From Octopus sinensis (Eukaryota): a DNA stretch of 64,000 nt. The DNA is taken from contig NC_043020.1 of NCBI RefSeq assembly GCF_006345805.1, positions 558,001-622,000 on the forward strand, in the 5' to 3' direction. Under the pieces are notes generated by a model that was not told the origin of the DNA, searched no databases, and saw nothing but the letters and a program-made list of their open reading frames with translations. Positions 36,336 to 49,309 of the stretch are shown piece by piece (position 1 is the stretch's first letter; each line of letters opens with the position of its first letter). The translations under genes were made by a program, and so were the position numbers.

Positions 36336-36380
<45 letters not shown>
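35995..36380. repeat. Compound (TA)n/(CA)n microsatellite
   Basis: Direct reading of the sequence. Confidence 0.95.
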
Positions 36381-36381
<1 letters not shown>

Positions 36382-36783
36382 TGTTGTATAGCTCATATTT
36401 CATGGCTCAGTGGAAAGGACATGAGGATAATGAAACTGCTGCTTCAATAATTCATTAAAATATATGAAAATTCGTACAGCAATTCAACATGTAATTTACA
36501 TGGTTAACCATGGATGTGGTTAAAAATGCCTCCCACCCCACCTCCACCTCCACCGCCACCCCTGCAAAAAAGAAAAAAAGTAGCAAAAAAAAAAGGAACC
36601 CTAAAAAAATAAATGTTAAAAAAAAAAAAAAGAGAAGATTCAATTTTAATGATTTATAAATTTGTTCAATTATTTATTTTTTTTTTTCCTCTATATATCG
36701 CAAATCCAAAAGAACCATTTAATTGGATCTCTGTGGTATAAACACCAAATAAATAAATAATAATAATAGTAGTAGTAGTAGTG

Positions 36784-36828
<45 letters not shown>

Positions 36829-37408
36829 AGAAATTGAGGAATGAATATGGCTCGGCTTGTATGGTATTTACAGTTCGGTACACATAACTTATATTAGTTA
36901 TATCAGCAGACTTGCAGAAAATTATTCATTGCTTTTTGATATCATGATACTAGGTGCTATCAGTTAGGACGACAACGGTAAAAAAAAAGGGGAAAAAAAG
37001 AAAAAAGAAAAAAAAACAAGTAAGTGAAGAATATATACGAAATAAAAAAAAAAATAAGCACCAATATATATACATAAAAAAGAAAGTCACAACAGCAGTA
37101 GCAACCCAGCCCTCTTTTCTTAGATTAAAAATCTAGTTTACTGGTTCATTGATTTGTATGTGTCTGTACATTTGCGTGTGTGTGTATGTGTATGTCTCTG
37201 CGTGTGTTTGTACCTTTGTGTATATGTGTGTGTGTGTATGTGTAAACATTTGTGTGTATGTGTATGCATGTGTGTATATATGTGTGTGTGTGTGTGTGTA
37301 TATGCATGTGTGTGTGTCTGTGTGTGAGAGTCTGGTTCTTCCCTTCTTTCTATCTTGTGTAATTGCTAATTTTCTAGATGGTACATTTGAATAATCAATC
37401 ATCCTCTT

Positions 37409-37444
<36 letters not shown>

Positions 37445-38041
37445 CCTCTCTCTCCCTCTCTCTCTCTCACCCTCTCTATTGCCCTAGTTATCATGTACTG
37501 CTAACAAACAATAAACCAAAACGGTCTACCTAACAGTTTCCATTAGAGGCATTTTTTCTCAATAAATGTTGAAGGCGCATGTTTTATTGTTGCACCTGTC
37601 AATTTGTCAATTTCCTTGCATAACAAATTGCAAATCATTCGTTTAGCAGCATGTCTGTGGCATATCATACAGTATACGTATGCGTTTGCACATACGTGAG
37701 GGCATGTGTGTGTGTGTGTACGCACTCATAATGGCACACTATGTCTGTGTGTTTTCTTTGAAAACTAATTGGTAGCAACGTTACACAGTGACCCCTGCCT
37801 TCCTGCTACCATTTGTTTTGGTTGTATGTCTGGGGAGAATCTGAAGTCTTCCAGTTTTTTTTTACATTGATGTTCTGACACGCAGCGTCTACCTGCACCC
37901 ATTTTCATGTATACATCACAGCAAGTAGTGCACAGCAATATTACGCTTGTGCCTGCATGATGATTTGTCTTGCAGTCTTGCCAGCTCTGAATCAGTCTTT
38001 TTGAACAGCTGCTATCCACAGCACAGCTTCTGATGTTCATA

Positions 38042-38487
38042 TATATTTCTTTACTGCCCACAAGGGGCTAAACATAGAGGGGACAAACAAGGACAGGCAA
38101 ATGGATTAAGTCGATTACATCGACCCCAGTGCGTAACTGGTACTTATTTAATCGACCCCGAAAGGATGAAAGGCAAAGTCAACCTCGGCAGAATTTGAAC
38201 TCAGCCATGAGAAATTTTGGGCCCTTATGACAGACCTCGTGTTCATAACTATTTCTTTATTACCCACAAGGGGCTAAACATAGAGGGGACAAAACACAGA
38301 CAGACAAAGGGATTAAGTCGATTACATCGACCCCAGTGCGTAACTGGTACTTATTTAATCAACCTCGAAAGGATGAAAGGCAAAGTCGACCTTGGCGGAA
38401 TTTGAACTCAGAATGTAGTGGCAGACGAAATACGGCTATGCATTTCGCATTTCACCCAGCATGCTAACAATTCTGCCAGCTCGCCGC
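38042..38487 (-). mobile_element. Composite SINE B: full copy + 45-nt unique spacer + headless copy, inside one TSD
   Basis: TSD cttctgatgt(t/c)cata at 38027-38041 and 38488-38502; spacer 38205-38249. Confidence 0.85.
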
Positions 38488-39131
38488 CTTCTGATGTCCA
38501 TACAGGCCATATCTGATGCTAGACATGGAATACACACACACACACATACATACACACATCTATCTCACTATATATCACTCCGTTACCCATCTACACTCAA
38601 TAAGAAGCTAGACCTCCTAGAATGCACATAAACGCATGTATTGTGCACTCCTGGAGTGCACATAAACACTCTTCAATGGAAGTTTAAATCCCCTTTTGTG
38701 CTTGTTGACTTGGTTTGAATCCCATACAGGCAGCATGTGGCATATTTATGTAATTTTTAACTGTGAATATCCTGTGGAAAATTTTCCAGGTTAAACGCTC
38801 AGTTTTGTTTGTTCAAATGTTTTATAGTGTATTCACTTGTGGTCATATTCGTGTAAGAACTTGCAGTCTGGTAGAAAAGACTGTTTTTTTGTGTGTTTGC
38901 TTTTTATGCAAACATTCATTGGTGCTATAAATAATGTCGTTTGCATATAGTTAAGTAATTATAAAGTAACTCTAAAATATATACACTAAAATATGATGAC
39001 AAATAATGATGTTGGTAATATGATAAAACACAATTAGCAAAAGACGTAGCTATACAAACATCACAACAAAAGTTTTTCTCTAACTTTTTTGCATCTTATT
39101 CGTTATGAAATATTTAGGTATGCTGTTACTA

Positions 39132-39359
39132 TTAAACCTTTAGTGTTTAAACTGGCCATATCCGGCCCAGATATTCTACATGTTTTATATTCAAACTGAC
39201 CAGATCGGGCCTCTCATACCTAACCTACAATGTCATTCTAAAAATGAACAATCACATCATTGAAACCTTAAAGCTATAAGATAATGCATGACTAATTAAA
39301 AATAATTTCAGTGAAAAAGTATTACATTTAACAGAGTAATCTGAACACTAAAGGGTTTA
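39132..39359 (+). mobile_element. TTAA-type MITE family 2
   Basis: ttaaacctttagtgtttaaactggccata ... ctgaacactaaagggttta. Confidence 0.8.
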
Positions 39360-39439
39360 GGGAAATAATATACCCAGGTATGCATGATCTTCCCTTTCTT
39401 GACTAGCATATATTTGTGCGTGTGTGTGTGTGTAGTATC

Positions 39440-39935
39440 CTTATATTCTTTTACTTGTCTTGTGACTGCAGCCAGGATTTTAGTCAAAGAAATTGACCCC
39501 AGGACTTGTTGTTTTGTAAGCCTAGTACTTTTTCTGTTGGTCTCTTTTGCCAGACTGCTAACTTACGAGGATGTAAACACACCAACATCAGTTGTCAAGT
39601 GATGCGGTGGGGGGACAAATACAAACACAAAGACACACACACACAAATATAAGCATATATATATATATATTGGGGCCTAGTGCAGCCTCCTGGCTTCCCA
39701 GACCCCAGTCGAACCATCCAACCCATGCCAGCATGGAAAACGGATGTTAAATGATGATGATGATGATATATATATATATATATACACATATAACAGGTTT
39801 CTTTCAGTTTCCGTCTACCAAATCCACTCACAAGGCTTTGGTCGACCTGAGGCAATAGTAGAAAATATTTGCCCAAGGTGCCACACATGAGACTGAACCC
39901 AGAACCATATGGTCGGGAAGCAAGCTTCTTACACA
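39440..39935 (-). mobile_element. SINE family A copy with an oppositely oriented family C fragment nested at about 39672-39768
   Basis: Family A halves flank gcctagtgcagcctcc...ggatgttaaatgatgatg inside the internal (TA)n tract. Confidence 0.78.
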
Positions 39936-41164
39936 CACACACACACACATGTTTTCAGTAATCTCTAAATGGCACTACATTACATAGATGTGTATGTGAC
40001 TACAAACACATCAGATTGCTTGTTTCCCAGTACTTTTAGACAAAGTATAAAACAATAAGATTAGTAAGGATAGATCTATTTTTGATTGATAAAATAGTGT
40101 CTGTTAGTGAAGACTAATTTGATGGCTCCACATATACGAAATATTTCACTTAATCTCATCCTCGGTTGAAATATGCATGCGTTATTTATAATTGTCTATT
40201 TTCGAAAATCCCATTTGCTGTTAATCATGAGAAAAAGAGTGTTTTGACTCTCCAACGCACTTCTTTTAGGAAAACCACGATCTTCCTTAATTTACATAAC
40301 ATATTTAACTGTCTGACAGGAAGCTGTAGTGTCTCGAATTGAAATTGAAGATGTGATGGATTTAGGTGAGCTCTTGTGAGTGATGAGTGCACTTTTTCAT
40401 TTGCTAAGATATATTATAATCTATTTTTGGACTAGTTTTCAGCCCTTTGGCTCGGGGCATCTTAGGGTGGCGGTGGTGGTGGTGGTGGTGGTGGTGATGT
40501 GTCTGAGGTTGATAACTTGTGTAAAATATCAGAATAATAGTAATTTCTTTACAGTAGAGACCTTTAAACTATAAAATATCTTGACAGCTTCACAAATGTA
40601 ATATTTATAGTTTTGGAATTAGAAGGATGTGCCATACAATATATCTCTCCTTGCCTTAAGGGTCGGTTCAGATATTATTTCGTTTTTGGTTATTTCTCTT
40701 GTGAGCTGAGAAAACTTGTTCTCTCTCTCCCTCTTTCACACACACACACGCATAACTATGTGAGTTTGTGTATGTATATGTGTATATTGTGTGTTACGTT
40801 TAGTAGATATATGTATGCCATATGTTATATATATATATATCATATATGTTGCATGTATATAGTATATTTTACCTGGTACACACACACACATATATATATG
40901 TATGTATATATGCATACATACATGGCAGTTGGTTAGATAGAAACCTGTAACCAATAACTGTAACAGAATTTATGGGTTACAGCTTTCAAGTAGGCCAGTC
41001 ACTTGTTCAATGCATCTCTTGTAACAAAAATGATAAGGGAGTGTATGTAAATCAGTGCAGAACAAATATAACTAGGGACTTTGTTCGAAGAGCATAGTTG
41101 TAGTTGTTTGTTTTTTGTTTTTTTTTTGCCAGTTTTCATACAGATATTTAATTTCTTTACTGAT

Positions 41165-41437
41165 CTGCCAGTGCCACATAAAAGCACTCATGTTGGTGCC
41201 ATGTACAAGCACTCATGCCGGTACCATGTAAAAGAGCTTGAGTTGAGGCTATGTTTAAACTACCCAGCACACACTGTTAAGTCGTTGGCATTAGGAAGGG
41301 CATCCTGTCATAGAAACCAAGCCAAATCAGACTGGAAGCTGGTGCAACTCCCTGGTTTGCCAGCTGTGGTCAACTGTCCAACCCATGCTAGCATGGAAAA
41401 TGTACATTAAAGGAGGATGATGATGATGATGATGATA
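41165..41437 (+). mobile_element. SINE family C copy
   Basis: gtgccacataaaagcac.., ggcattaggaagggcatcc, (GAT)n tail. Confidence 0.78.
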
Positions 41438-41595
41438 TACACGAGCAAAAGACCCAAACACTAGCCCAGGCACACTAATCACTTGCCATGTGGCCTACTG
41501 GATGAAGCATAGGTTGGACAGCTTGACAGGAGCTCCAGGTTTCATAATCTGTTTTGGTCGGGTTTCTACACCAACCACTTCATAGCATGTACTCC

Positions 41596-41920
41596 GTGCT
41601 TTTAACATGACACCATCACCAGTGCGTTTTATGTGGCTCCACCACCAGTAATTTTCATGTGGCACCAGCACCGGTACTTTTTATGTGGAACCAGCACCAG
41701 TGCTTTTTATGTGGCACCAATGCTAGTGCTTTTTATGTGGCACCAGCACCAATGCGTTTTATGTGGCACCAGCACCAGTACTTTTTATGGCACCAGCATC
41801 AGTGCTTTTTATATGGCACCAGCACCAGCACTTTTTATGTGGCTCCACCGCCAGTACTTCTTTCTGTGGCACCAGCACCAGTACTTTTTATGTGGCACCA
41901 ACCAGCACTGGTGCTTTTTA
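41596..41920. repeat. 26-bp minisatellite, about 12 diverged units (gtgctttttatgtggcaccagcacca)
   Basis: Unit starts 41596, 41622, 41648, 41674, 41700, 41726, 41752, 41778, 41802, 41828, 41854, 41881. The unit resembles the ttttatgtgccaccggcac module of SINE C. Confidence 0.92.
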
Positions 41921-42402
41921 CTTTTAATCTGAATGCTAAAGGGTTAAGGTGCCACGCTGTGGGATTAAACCAAGAACTACATTATCGCAAGGCAAACTTC
42001 TTAACCACGTAAGCAAGACACACACACATACACACTCTCTCCATGCCTGACCCTCCTCCCTCATTCGTACACACTTTCTTCACAGACATTTGAAAATTTC
42101 TAAAGCTCAATTAGAAATTCTTTATTTTTGGCCTCACTCCTTTCCTGCTGCTACTATTCAATGACCATATTTTGAAAACCACTTTCATAATTTAATTTTC
42201 TGCGAAATATTTTTATTTAGTCCTCATCTTTTTTTCCCCTCGCTTCCTTTTCTATTAGCAAACATTGTTGTCTATGTTTATTACAATTCCAAGTTTGGGT
42301 CTGTTCAATGGACTCTTTACAATTTCTAGTTCTATGGATAGAGTTGATATTGTTTGGCACTAATTATTATTGTTAAATTCTTAATGACTGTCAGTTATCT
42401 AC

Positions 42403-42948
42403 TTGTATATAATAAATATGTGTTTCTATGAATTCATCTATGTGTGTGTGTGTGTATATATACGTATATATTTACATATGCCTGTATGGGTGTACATTTG
42501 TGTAAGCTTAAATGTGTGTATTTGTGTATGCTTATTCGTGTGTATTTGCATATGTTTATATGGGTGTGTGTATATATGTATATGTGTATTTGTATTTATG
42601 TATGTATGTGTGTGTATGTATTTCTGTATGTGTGTTTATAAAGTGTGTGTGTATGTATTTATATATCTGTGTGTGTGTGTATTTATATATCTGTATATGT
42701 GTGTGTGTATTTGCATATGTTTATATGGGTGTGTGTGTATATATATATATGTGTGTGTGCATGTATTTATGTATGTTTGTGTATATGTGTGTATGTATTT
42801 ATGTATGCGTGTTTATAAAGTGTGTGTGTACGTATTTATATATCTGTATGTGTGTGTATGTGTGTATGTATTTATATATCTGTATGTGTGTGTATGTGTG
42901 TATGTATTTATATATCTGTATGTATGTGTGTGTGTATGTATTTATATA

Positions 42949-42997
<49 letters not shown>

Positions 42998-43000
42998 ATA
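42403..43000. repeat. Compound (TG)/(TA) tract with internal larger duplications
   Basis: Recurring gtatttgcatatgtttatatgggtgtgtg, gtgtttataaagtgtgtg and atttatatatctgt blocks. Confidence 0.9.
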
Positions 43001-43357
43001 CGGATGTGTTTGTGTGCCTGTTTGAGTGTTTATGAAAATGTAATTATCTAGGTTGTTGCTTTGTATTAGTTTGGATGTATTGCAGCGTAAATCATTCAAT
43101 TATGTTCGGTGTCTTTTATTATTTGTTTTTCTTTATTTTGTCCTTCCTAGAAATCTGTGTTCTATATTCTTGCTTTATTCTCACCATTATTTGAAAAGTT
43201 GCTGTGGTTTGGCAAATAAGTTATCAGGGGACCTATCTTTACCATTAACATTTATTAATGATTTGGAGAAAGGCTTAAACATCACAACTTCCCAATTATC
43301 TTCCACTTTGAAAATCTTACAACAGTACTGCTTTTATTAATCTCAGTAATGAAACTG

Positions 43358-43656
43358 TTTTGTTGTTTGTTCTTTCTCGAGCCATGCATGGCTCATAAGG
43401 GCTGGTTTCTAGGCGTATAGGTTCCCCACCTGGACAGGACGCCGGTCCATCGCAGGTGAGCTGCAAGATGCAGGAGGAAAGAGTGAGAGAAAATTGTGGC
43501 GAAAGAGTCAGCAGAAGTTTCGTCATTACCTTCTGCTGGAGCCGCGTAGAGCTTAGGTGTTTCGCTCATAAACACACACATCGTCCGGTCTGTGATTCGA
43601 ACCCGCGATCCCTCGATCGCGAGTCCGCTGCTCTAACCACTAGCCCACATGCCTCC
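43358..43656 (-). mobile_element. tRNA-derived SINE with V-domain-like core, young (CpG-rich)
   Basis: Head ggaggcatgtgggctagtggttagagcagcgg..gggttcgaatc (A and B boxes); core ctgcgatggaccggcgtcctgtccagg recalls V-SINEs; (AAC)-rich tail. Confidence 0.85.
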
Positions 43657-43824
43657 ACACTAAAACTGTGGCCATACTGCAGTATTTCTTTATTTCATTG
43701 TCTTTTTTTTAAATTTTATATCCCATTTTCTGGACTAAAACGTTTTAGTTGCTACTTTCTATTGAGCCAATCATTGGTTCACTTCATTTACAATGGTGAA
43801 AATGCCAAGGGAGTGTCTGTACTC

Positions 43825-44010
43825 TTTCACCACAACTTTCTCTCACTCTTTCTTCCTGTTTCTGTTGTACCTGTATTTCAAAGGGGCCAGCCTTGTCACA
43901 CTCTGTGTCACGCTGAATCTCCCCAAGAACTCCGTTAAGGGTACATGTGTCTGTGGAGTGCTCAGCCACTTGCACATTAATTTCATGAGCAGGCTGTTCC
44001 GTTGGTCAGA
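43825..44010 (+). mobile_element. Related SINE fragment in the opposite orientation to 43358
   Basis: ctctttcaccacaactttctctcactctttc is the reverse complement of about 43477-43507. Confidence 0.65.
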
Positions 44011-44468
44011 TCATGATATATATATGTGTGTGTGTATGGAGATAGTTTAAGGAGTTTTTATAAATGTAAAGTTATAAAATCTGTTTCTATAATTATTGAA
44101 AATGACTCACTACAAATATAGAGTTAGATGATATTTATAATTATATCGACAGTGACTTTGAAGTTCCAGCAGTAATTGAAGATGCCATCTAGTGGCAAAA
44201 CTTTGAAGTCTCTGTCAATAAAATTTCATACAGATGTGTGTGTGTGCATGTATATATATATATATTTCTTTATATATCCTATATTTTATTAGTTTCACTC
44301 ATTTGACTGCTGCCATACTGGGGCACACCATGAAGGTTTTTATTCAAACAAATCAACCCCAGTGCTTTTGTTTTTAAACGTGGAACTTAATCAGTCTCTT
44401 TTGCCCGAGCTGCTAAGTTATGAGGGTGTAAACAAACCAGTTGTCAAAAAGTGGTGACGAGCAAGCAC

Positions 44469-44579
44469 ATTTCAGAGTGTCTAGGAGTCAATCTGAGGAC
44501 ATGTCGCGAGAGTGATAAAAATCAAACATCCAGTCAACATCATGGTGTTTGGAGTGATGGCAATGTTATGCCTCCATTC
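44469..44579 (+). mobile_element. Internally deleted Tc1/mariner (maT-like) transposase relic
   Basis: ISECLGVNLRT abuts KHPVNIMVFGV and, after a frameshift, SDGNVMPPF, recalling mariner-type DDD catalytic-domain motifs. Confidence 0.6.
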
Positions 44580-45604
44580 TTTCTTAGTGTTATTCTTGTT
44601 TGTTTGTTTGTTTTAAAGGGGATTGACCCTGAAGTTAAAGTCAGCTACAAATTCTCACAGTCTAGTCAGTTGTGATCACAAACATCTTCACATGCAAACA
44701 ACTTGACTCAGAGCAAGGCTAAAATTCCTTTGTCAAAAAAAAAACAATTTTTGCAGGTTTATTTCCCCCCCCCCCTCACTCTTTCCATATAAGGAAGTAG
44801 GTATTTTTCTGAATTTTATAAAATTTCATTTTATTTTTGGTGAGGGATGGATGAGAGTAAAAAAAAGTTGAACAAATAATTTCCTAATGCTTGTATTTTA
44901 TCTTTTAAATCTACTTAAAACTGATATATATATATGAATCATGTTATTATTTGTTTATTTGTTTTTAATTCCCAAAATGAAAATAAATTGTGTAAAATTC
45001 CGAAAATCCCAGTGCAAACACAGTCCTGCATGCATACACACTCGTGCACAATAGTCTTCTGCACAGTTCCTATCTATCATGTTTCACCCCCCCCCAAAAA
45101 AAAAACGGATGTGAAAAAGTGCCAATCCAGAACCACATAACTCTGAAGCAAATATGTTAATCGCACGACCATGCCTGTACTCTTTGCATAGATGCTGGTT
45201 GTCATCTGGTTCCATCATCTTCCCACTTTTCGGAACCTCACATTTCAATCTTCTGTTTGGTATTCTGAATATTTTCCTGCCATTTCAGATGTATCTACAT
45301 GCTGAAGTACTCTCATCTGAAAGTATGAATGAAGTAGCAGCAGCAATGTCTCCTCCTCTTCCTCCTCCTCCTCCTCCAGATAAACCCTGACAAAATAAGC
45401 CAGTCTTCAGAGGGCTTCCGACTGTGACCATCTCATCTTTTTGTGTAATTAAGACAACATTGTTCTTTGCTCCTACCTCTTTTATGTTGGTAAGATGATT
45501 TAAAGGAGATTTTTAACTGCTATTTCTAGGTGATCTGGTGACTATGTAGTGGCTTCTTTGTTGGTCTTGCAGATGAAGACATCAACATTAATGGTATTTT
45601 AACT

Positions 45605-45972
45605 TAGCGGTATTTCGTCTGGCGCTACATTCTGAGTTCAAATTCTGCTGAGGTCGACTTTGCCTTTCATCCTTTCTGGGTCGATTAAATAAGTACCAGT
45701 TACACACTGGGGTCGATATAATCGACTTAATCTGTTTGTCCTTGTTTGTCCCCTCTGTGTTTAGCCCCTTGTGGGTAGTAAAGAAATAGGTATTTCGTCT
45801 GCCGTTACGTTCTGAGTTCAAATTTCGCCGAGGTCGACTTTGCCTTTGATCCTTTTGGGGTTGATTAAATAATTACCAGTTACGCATTGGAGTCGATGTA
45901 ATCGACTTAATCCGTTTGTCTGTCCTTATTTGTCCTCTCAGTGTTTAGCCCCTTGTGGGTAGTAAACAAATA
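45605..45972 (+). mobile_element. 5'-truncated SINE family B dimer inside one 12-bp TSD
   Basis: Junction gaaataggtatttc 45783-45796; TSD ggtattttaact at 45593-45604 and 45973-45984. Confidence 0.9.
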
Positions 45973-46466
45973 GGTATTTTAACTAAAACACAGCTGGGAT
46001 AGAACTCATGACCAAAAATTTAAACATTGCCTCTGGACCACCACTGCTTGTGCTGTTTTCACCAGCTGCCTTAGCAAATATCCACAGCCATTCATATTTA
46101 AGTATTCTAAAACATTTTCATGCTGTAGCAGACCACAGGTATATGTCCACAAAATGCATCATCGTAGATCTGTTGTTATGAAATGTAACAGCGTTTCTAG
46201 ATGTCAATAAGTTTGGTTGCTACGAACTATGAAAAAGAAAATTGTTGTTTTGGACTGTGTCCTTTGATGGAGACTGGTGGATTTATTATTAACAGTGTTG
46301 TTGATGCAGGCTATCATCTGTGTTCTAGGATGCTGGTTGTTGCCATTGTTATAAATGCCACTGACAGTCAATGCAAATATAAATGGCTGGCTGGTTAAAG
46401 TTTACGAGTTCTGCTTCAAATGTTATCGTTTCAAAATTAACCACTAGCTGTGCAGTTTGGATAGCG

Positions 46467-46900
46467 ATAGATATGGCTGTTTGGTTAAGAAGTCTGCTTC
46501 CCAACCACGTGGTTTCAGGTTCAGTTCCCACTGCATGGTACCTTGGGTGAGCTGGCAGACGCGTTCAGTTCCCACTGCATGGTACCTTGGGCGAGCTGGC
46601 AGATGCGTTCAGTTCCCACTGCATGGTACCTTGGGCGAACTGGCAGATGCGTTAGCACGCCAGGCAAAATGCGTAGCCGTATTTCGTCTGCCGTTACATT
46701 CTGAGTTCAAATTCCGCCGAGGTCGACTTTGCCTTTCGTCCTTTCGGGGTCAATGAATTAAGTACCAGTTATGCACTGGGGTTAATGTGATCGACTTAAT
46801 CCGTTTGTCCTTGCTTGTCCCCTCTGTGTTTAGCCCCTTGTGGGTAGTAAAGAAATAGGTACCTTGGGAAAGTGTCTTTTACTTTAGTCCCATGTCAACC
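46467..46900 (+). mobile_element. SINE family A head carrying a nested SINE B (46636-46857) and a triplicated junction
   Basis: TSD ggtaccttggg at 46625-46635 and 46858-46868; 44-bp unit repeated at 46519, 46563 and 46607. Confidence 0.88.
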
Positions 46901-46980
46901 ATTTCGATTAGATATGCTAGATGGAAACTGAAGACAAGAATGTTTTTTAAATAGTTGATAACTTTTGAGAAATTCTTTCT

Positions 46981-47210
46981 TTAGCCCTTTGGCATTTAAA
47001 CTGACCATATCTGGCCCAAAGTATTCTACTTGCTTTATGCTCAAACTGACCAGATTTGGCCACTCACACCTACCCCACAATGACATTCTAAAACTAAACT
47101 ATCACATCATTGAAATCGCAAAGCTGCAAGATAATGCATGATTAATTCAAAACAATGTGAGCAAACAAGCATTACATTTGACAAAGTAATTTGAATGCTT
47201 AAAAGGTGAA
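46981..47210 (+). mobile_element. TTAA-type MITE family 2
   Basis: ttagccctttggcatttaaactgacc ... tttgaatgcttaaaaggtgaa. Confidence 0.72.
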
Positions 47211-47586
47211 ATATTGCGACTGTATCAAGTATTTTTTTGCAAAAACGTGTGTATGTGTTTATGTTTTCTTGTTTTGACATTTGATAGTTCTAAGTGGGTG
47301 TCACTGTCATACAAGCTGTGTCGTTCATTTGCAGTATTCTGAGAAAACAATGTCTAACAATAGGGAAATATTACCTTCTGCTTGGGAACAGGTGGGTTGG
47401 TGACAGGAATGGCATCCAGCTTGTTGAAAATCTACTTCAATAAACTCCATCCAGCCCATGCAAGCACAGAGAAGTAGACATTAGAACAATGATGGTCATA
47501 CTTCTGGATTGTCTTAAAAATTATTCGCACTCCTACTTTCAGCAGAAAAGTTAAACTTGTTTTCCTCTTCAACTATGACCTATCAC

Positions 47587-47815
47587 TTAACCCTTTAGCA
47601 TCTAAACTGGCCATATCCTGCCAAAAGTATTCTGCCTGTTTTATGTTCAAACTGGCCAGATCTGGTCTCTCACACCAACCCTACAATGTCGTTTTAAAAA
47701 TTAACAGCTACCTCATCAAAATCTCATAGCTACAATTTAATGCATGATTAATTCAAAACAATGTCAATGAAGAAGGATTAATTTTGGCAGAATAATGCGA
47801 ACACTAAAGGGTTAA
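47587..47815 (+). mobile_element. TTAA-type MITE family 2, intact ends
   Basis: ttaaccctttagcatc ... gaacactaaagggttaa. Confidence 0.85.
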
Positions 47816-48739
47816 TGTCATGTCCCAAATCCCATAATAAATATGTTATTATGCCCTCCCTCCTTAGAACTCCATCTTTTTCTCTCTGTCTCTCTCTCTC
47901 CATTTACATATTTACCTTCCTTTGCCATGTGCGTGTATTTGTGTGTGTATGTGTGTTTGTGTGTGTTTGTGTATTTGTGTGTGTATGTGTCTACATTAGG
48001 AATCTACAAAACCTGTTTGTTGCAAGCAGTATTGTCATAGTCACCTCTGTCAACAAACAACTTGCTCACATCATACCTTCAAAGACATACAAAACAAGAC
48101 ATCCCTTATTTAAAAAAAGAAGAAAAGAAAGAAAACAAAAGGAGTAACAAAACAGGATGGGTGCCTGGCTGTAAAACAATGTGTCTCAGTAATAAATTTT
48201 CCTAACCCATGCCAGCATGGTAAAATGACTGTAAAACAGCAAACATAAAACACACACACATTAAAACCGAGGCAAAATATTTGGGGTTTGAATTTCATAG
48301 ATTGTATTTTTCTTTTTTTCTCTCCCCCCAGCCTTATTCCCACCATTTCTTTATGCAATACAGAAAGAAAAACGAAGAAAAAAATTGGCATTATTAAGAC
48401 TGGTAGCTTAGCTGCCATATTCGGTTCTAAGACTTTTTAACAATGCTTTCCTAACTGTTGGTTTCATCCTTGTTCCACGATTCAGACCGGTTATTAAAAA
48501 TGAAATATCTGTAAGATAATCACTTCTCTGTGTTTCTTTAGGCTCTCTCTTCCATTTCTCTCTCTTTTTTTTTCCCACCACTTTTAAAAAAATTTTTTTC
48601 TTATTTTCTTCTTTTGCTTCTCATCTCCCCCCCCCCCCCCACCCCACTTATATTATTCTGTCTGAATTTATCTTGTGATCACAGAAGATGATTATTGCAG
48701 AAATATTGATGCAAAGGAGAGAGATAAAGAGAGAGAGTG

Positions 48740-48844
48740 AGTGTGTCTTTGTTTGTGTGTGTTTGTGTGTGTGTGTGTATGTGTGTGTCTTTGTGTATGT
48801 GTTGTGTGTGTGTGTGTGTGTGTATGTGTTTGTGTGTGTGTGTG

Positions 48845-48887
<43 letters not shown>

Positions 48888-48985
48888 TGTGTATGTGTGT
48901 GTGTGTATGTGTGTGTCTTTGTGTATGTGTTTGTGTGTGTGTGCGTTTGTGTGTGTGTGTGTGTGTGTCTTTGTGTGTGTGTGTG
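48740..48985. repeat. (TG)n-rich microsatellite
   Basis: Direct reading of the sequence. Confidence 0.95.
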
Positions 48986-49309
48986 AAGCATTCACTTGTT
49001 GAAAAAGAAAATCTATCTCTTTGGTGCATGGAAGTTTGCCTGGCTTCTTATCTTGATCGTTTGCAAAAAACAGGCTGTGGCTTGCCATTTCTATGTGTGT
49101 GAGCACATGCATGTACATGTATTTGCAGGGTTTGCGGACATGTGTGCATATATCTCTCTCTGCGTGTAGGTACATATATGGATGCCCATGCACATCTGTT
49201 GGTTTGTGTATATGTGTGTGTTTAGAAATAAATAATTTTGTGGATTAGGCATAGGACTTCCAGTATATAGGTTATAAGTTCAAAACCACTGGAGGTGTTT
49301 TGATGACTC

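Noticed and set aside
41596-41920. CRISPR-like array
   Set aside because: The units are contiguous tandem repeats with no unique spacers, no cas genes, and a eukaryotic context.
43590-43656. tRNA gene (also heads at 11804, 60466 and 63638)
   Set aside because: A and B boxes are present, but there is no acceptor-stem closure and the sequence runs on into SINE bodies.
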